From positions 42,084,997 to 42,141,131 of the forward strand of contig NC_068992.1 of the NCBI RefSeq assembly GCF_001194135.2: DNA of 56,135 nucleotides, in the 5' to 3' direction. This document shows, in pieces, positions 51,395-56,135 of the stretch. The notes below the pieces were generated by a model, which worked only from the letters and a program-made list of their open reading frames with translations, was not told the DNA's origin and searched no databases. The stretch comes from Octopus bimaculoides (lineage: Eukaryota). Every line of letters starts with the position of its first letter. Position 1 is the stretch's first letter. The translations under genes and the position numbers were made by a program.

Positions 51395-51447
<53 letters not shown>

Positions 51448-52037
51448 CATATATATATATATATATGGTTGTGTGTGTATGTGTGTGTGTAAATGACTAT
51501 GCATACACATGCATACGTCCATACACACACCCACACACCTACACAAGCACATATATGCACAATTGAATCTCAAAAGTTTCGATTGTCATCGTGTATGTTC
51601 ACTATTATTGAAGAGTCTTGATGTCCGTCTAGACAGAAAAATACCTTCATCTTAGTCTCTCTGAATTCAAAGAAAGATATGTTTTACGTTTATGTTCTCT
51701 ATTGTCGGTAATAATTCTAACAAGTTTCAACTTGGTCACCATAGTTACCGTTTAATTACAGTATTGCGACTTAAAATGTTTATCTCTATATATTGTGTTC
51801 AGCTCAAACAGACCGAGTATAGGTTCACTTTCTGAAATGCTAACGGCGGTCATGATAATTTTGATTTTAACCATTCTAATCTGCAGTTAATTATCTTTTG
51901 GACATACAAACAAGCTTCTTGTCTAATGTGCAGGTGTGGCCTTAATGAAAGACAAAACAACTCGAGCAAAACTTTCCTTAGATAACATCCCACTGGGAAG
52001 GAAATGCATGCAAATATACACAAGCACATGCATACAT

Positions 52038-52038
<1 letters not shown>

Positions 52039-52097
<59 letters not shown>

Positions 52098-52110
52098 GTG
52101 TGCGTGCGTG

Positions 52111-52176
<66 letters not shown>
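52039..52176. repeat. (CA)n-(TG)n palindromic microsatellite
   Basis: (CA)n 52039-52094 and (TG)n 52113-52176 around the centre cacacatatgtgtg. Confidence 0.9.
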
Positions 52177-52177
<1 letters not shown>

Positions 52178-52291
52178 AATAATTATTATGAAGCATTTTC
52201 TATAAAATATTGTATAAAGCATCGTGTGTAAGACCAGAACAATGCGAAGTAAATGCAAGGCAAATCATAAGAAAACAAATGTGTCAATTAA

Positions 52292-52439
52292 TGTAGTCAA
52301 TATTTCGGGGTTATAACCCCATTTAGAAGAAATTAAAGAATGTTGCAGATGTGCGCATGTGTGCACCTACACACATGCATATCGGTAACATTCGTTAATT
52401 TCTTGAGGATGGGGTCATAACCCCGAAATATTGAATACA
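52292..52439. repeat. 148-bp fold-back element (72/70-bp arms, 6-nt loop)
   Basis: The arms align at about 60 of 72 positions in manual alignment; each contains GGGGT-N4-ACCCC-GAAA in opposite polarity. Confidence 0.9.
52400..52435 (+). ncRNA. Minimal type I hammerhead-like ribozyme motif
   Basis: ttc-TTGAGGA-t-ggggt-cata-acccc-GAAA-ta-TT-gaa: stem I ttc/gaa, 5-bp stem II, palindromic stem III, AUU triplet; C3>U is the only core deviation. Confidence 0.6.
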
Positions 52440-52535
52440 AGGTAAGTCTACATTAATTCACTTATTTCTTTTCTTGTGATTTCCCTTGCATTTACTTCGC
52501 ATTGTTCTGGCCTTACCCATGATCGTTTATATATA

Positions 52536-52599
<64 letters not shown>

Positions 52600-52736
52600 G
52601 TACACACACACACATACGTATATGTGTATATATATATATACATATACATATATACTTACATGCATACGTACACACATACATTAATTTTACATATATGCAT
52701 ATATGTATATCTACAAATGTACAAGGAGATAGATAA

Positions 52737-52773
<37 letters not shown>

Positions 52774-52824
52774 AAGAGAGAGAGAGAAAGAGAGAGAGAG
52801 AGAAAGAGAGAGATAGAAAGAGAG

Positions 52825-52878
<54 letters not shown>

Positions 52879-54230
52879 AACAGACAGACAGAGAGAGGGC
52901 AATGATAAATCACTCCGAAATGGTGTTCGATGATAAGTTAGCTCAACTAGAGTTGAGCCAGCGTTCAATAACAGGAACAGAAGCAACACCAAAACAATCT
53001 CACGCTCACATGAATATTAACGAGATTGACAAAATTTATTACGTCAAAGCAACAATAAATTCAACGTTGTACTTCACATGGCTATTACAATGTGAGGTCG
53101 TCGATCAAGTATGGCGGTGGCTCTATTATTTGTATGGATTCATCTAAATGGGAATGGGTCGTCTCCAGCTGTGACATAATGCATGCACATTGCTGTCAAT
53201 ATACTTTTGTTGTGAGGAGACACTAGACAGTATCACATAAGTAATAGACACATACAGACATACATATATACATACATACATACACACAGACACAAAGGCA
53301 CATATGTGTGTGTGTGTGTGTGTACTTGTATATATAAAGATATATACATGTTTATGGGGATAATGCTTTGAAATATATACTAGCAAATTTATGAGGTTGA
53401 CCTTAGTAGCAACGGTGGTGGTGGTGGTTGTGGTGGCAGTGGCGGTTTATGTCCATGTTTTGCCCAGGTGCAGCAAAGTTGTAATGAAAGATGTTGGAAC
53501 CCTAAACTTCTCTACTTGTTTTTTCCTTTCCTTTCTGATTCTGTATTTTGAAGTATATTTTAAATTTTGTGCTCCTTTTAATCCGTCAGAATGAAATTCG
53601 GGGTTGATTTTAGCTGTTGCTTCTAACAAATTGTATAATATCATAGAAGTTACGTCGATGGCTCATGTTCCACCACTAATGCTCACTCTTTCAGCGAACG
53701 CTGTACAGTTTTTCTTCTTTTTCTTTTGTTTTTACTAATCTGCGATCAATTTTGTAGCGGCTTCCCAAGTTAAGCATTCTGATTGTATATCATTTGCCCC
53801 GAGTCTTTGTAAATATGATATTTTGAGTTCCAGATTAAGCTAAATAAATTCCAATTATTCTATAATACATAATCGTATGATTGATACACGACGTTGAACG
53901 CGAGCGTGTACAATAAATTGTTACATTCCAATGGGCTTTCAATCCCTCGACAGAGCCGTAGCAGCACCGTTAGTAAAGTTTCGTTTTTGTGGAGCCTGCA
54001 GTTGTGTTGGTGGAATCCCACACTCTATAAGACTGTCCACAGCTGATTTCTTACAAGAAAGGGAGAAACTCAGACAGACGGGAAGAAAGAGGATAGAGAA
54101 GTATCGAACACAGTAGAATAAGTGTACTTTATTTATCGTCCCCGAACGAATAAAAAACAAAAATGGCCTGAGTTGGATTTGAAGTACGAACCTGTTCTAA
54201 CGATTCTGTCAATCGGCCGACAAGAATTTG

Positions 54231-54428
54231 TACTGAACCGTTCCTGGCTTTGGGTAAAAGAAAATACTGGAGGATCAGTAAATTATGATTTTATTCAACA
54301 TATTCCCCTCTCAGATTAATACCCATATTGCAAAGGTCCTTCAGTTTTTCTGAGCCCTGTACAAGAACACGGATAGATGGACCTCCAACCAGGCTGAAAC
54401 CAAGAACTTTTCAGCAACCTCTCCTGTA
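54231..54428. mobile_element. Mariner-type MITE
   Basis: gttcctggctttgggtaaaagaaaatac... body and ccaagaacttttcagcaacctctcctgta end; homologous to 54531-54740 and 48255-48475. Confidence 0.7.
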
Positions 54429-54530
54429 CATGTGTGTATGTGTGTGTGTATGTGTGTGTGTGTGTGTGTGTATGTGTGTTTGTGTGTGTGTTCGTGTGCG
54501 TGTGTGTGAGCGTGAGTGTGTGTGTGCAAA

Positions 54531-54740
54531 TACGAGGTGGTTGCAGAAAAGTTCCTGGCTTTGAGTAAAAGAAAATAGAGGAGGATCAGTTAATTATGAT
54601 ATTCCCTTCTCGGATTAACATACTTATTGCAGCGATCCTTCAGTTTTTCTAGGCCTTGTAAAAGCACTCGGAATGTTGGGTTTCCATCCAGGCCTTTCGC
54701 CAGACCCTTAAAGCCGTGAAATTTTCAGGATACCCTCGTA
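54531..54740. mobile_element. Mariner-type MITE (210 bp)
   Basis: TIRs tacgaggtggttgcagaaaagttcctggc / gccgtgaaattttcaggataccctcgta. Confidence 0.8.
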
Positions 54741-55494
54741 TGTTTTGGGTAGCAAATGTTTCGTTCTATAAGTGCATTTTTAAAGAATTTCTGACTCCGG
54801 CCTAAAAGAATTCCTCTTAGTGGTCTGTCGATCTCATAAAAAGAACGATCATGATATGTATATCAAGTACAGTCAAAGTATTCAAAATAGAACGACACAA
54901 TCGATAATGTAGTCCTAGATAGGCAATGCCGGATCGATAGGTTAGCAGGATCATCACGTATAGAATATTTTTGATATTAGATTTCCTTAAAGATAGATGA
55001 CTTGGAGCTAAACATCAACAACAATTACGACAACTACAGATATTTGAGCCAAAGTGACAGTCAGTACAGGATCAATCGAAATGTATATATGTAACCATCA
55101 AATCATCCGCAAATCAGATTTTGGTGTCTTACTAAAAGAAAAATGACACACGGAACACCAAAGTGTTGCAAAACAATAACAATTCTGGGATGGTCTCGAG
55201 CGAAATGGTTTGGTTAGCATAAACAGATCTGACACAGACGCTTAAACAACACAAACAACATCATCGTCATTACCATCATTGCCATCATCATCATCATCAT
55301 CGTCATCATGAACATCGTCGACGACAACTGCAGTAACAACAATGTCTATTTCCGGCACTAATTTTCATTTCTTACACTGATATCACGCCTTTTTTTTACC
55401 ATGAAAAGAAAATAGATAACGAACTCGAAACAACCCATACATTGTTTTCACTTGCATAGTTTCCAGGAAAGGAATATCAACAACAACGACGACG

Positions 55495-55538
<44 letters not shown>

Positions 55539-55564
55539 AATAATAATAATAATAATAATGATAA

Positions 55565-56135
55565 TTCCCGGGAGACACGCTCTCTCCACTTCTGTTCTGC
55601 CTGGCACTCACACCTTTAACTGAATTGCTAAATAGAACTGGATGCGGTTACAAATGCTACGGGAAAACAGTCAGCCACCTTCTATATATGGATGACCTAA
55701 AATTATATGCTAAGAATGACAAAGAGCTAGAAACACTATTACAAACAGTACACGGTTTTACCAAGGAAATAGATATGAAATTCGGATTCGAAAAATGTGC
55801 CGAAGCAACCCTTAAAACAGGAAAATTAGTTAAAAGTAGCAATATAACACTAGATAAAGCCAATGAAATAAGAGAACTAGACGAAAGCCAACCATACAAG
55901 TATTTAGGAGTCAATGAACTAGATAGGATACACCATACACAAATGAAAGAAAAAATAAAGAAAGAGTACTATAGACGAGTCAGATCAATACTAAAAACAG
56001 AACTCAATGCTAAAAACAAGATAATGGGTATCAACACTTTAGCTGTCCCAGTTATAAGCTACAGCTACAACATCCTTAACTGGACACTAAACGAACTATG
56101 TAAAATAGACAGGAAAACAAGAAAAATAATGACAG
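55565..56135 (+). mobile_element. R4/Dong-clade reverse transcriptase, 5'-truncated at (AAT)n, frame open to the window end
   Basis: 190 uninterrupted codons: FPGDTLSPLLF, SHLLYMDDLKLYAK (YMDD at 55685-55696), KFGFEKC, YKYLGV. Absent from the ORF track, probably because no stop falls inside the window. Confidence 0.9.

Noticed and set aside
53447-54160. Two short minus-strand ORFs (INPEFHSDG..., ECGIPPTQLQ...)
   Set aside because: No homology recognised, upstream in-frame stops, and weak splice signals.
2910-55607. Poly-Y/I/R/L/HT/VC ORFs
   Set aside because: They are translations of microsatellites.
1-56135. CRISPR array, intact tRNA or rRNA genes, LTR retrotransposon internal domains, host gene CDS
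   Set aside because: None supported. Repeats are tandem without unique spacers, tRNA-like heads belong to SINEs, the 5S copy is degenerate, and no gag/pol/integrase motifs were seen.

Overview
AT-rich, repeat-dense eukaryotic DNA with ten N-gaps (765-1118, 8228-8775, 10215-10585, 19393-19651, 24058-24067, 27308-27609, 30637-30844, 37963-38738, 46444-46517, 48543-48622). The repeat families and microsatellite load suggest a cephalopod, probably Octopus (inference from recalled repeat sequences, not a database search). No host protein-coding gene could be supported; most ORF-track entries come from microsatellites or gaps. The window contains nine fragments of R4/Dong-clade retrotransposons, mostly at (TAA)n tracts and concentrated in a co-oriented nest at 37-42 kb. 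It also holds a decayed Penelope-like element that the ORF track largely misses, a near full-length DD34D mariner, four mariner-type MITE copies, CR1/L2-type LINE 3' ends, many tRNA-derived SINEs, a full-length 5S rRNA pseudogene and an interstitial TTAGGG tract. The best leads are: a 148-bp fold-back made of two inverted hammerhead-ribozyme-like motifs (52292-52439), plus two other hammerhead-like cores; a 601-bp non-coding TAA-flanked element with a microhomology-deleted sibling; and an RT/REL fused Dong copy. All protein assignments come from manual translation and motif recognition, and TE boundaries are approximate unless TIRs or junctions are quoted.
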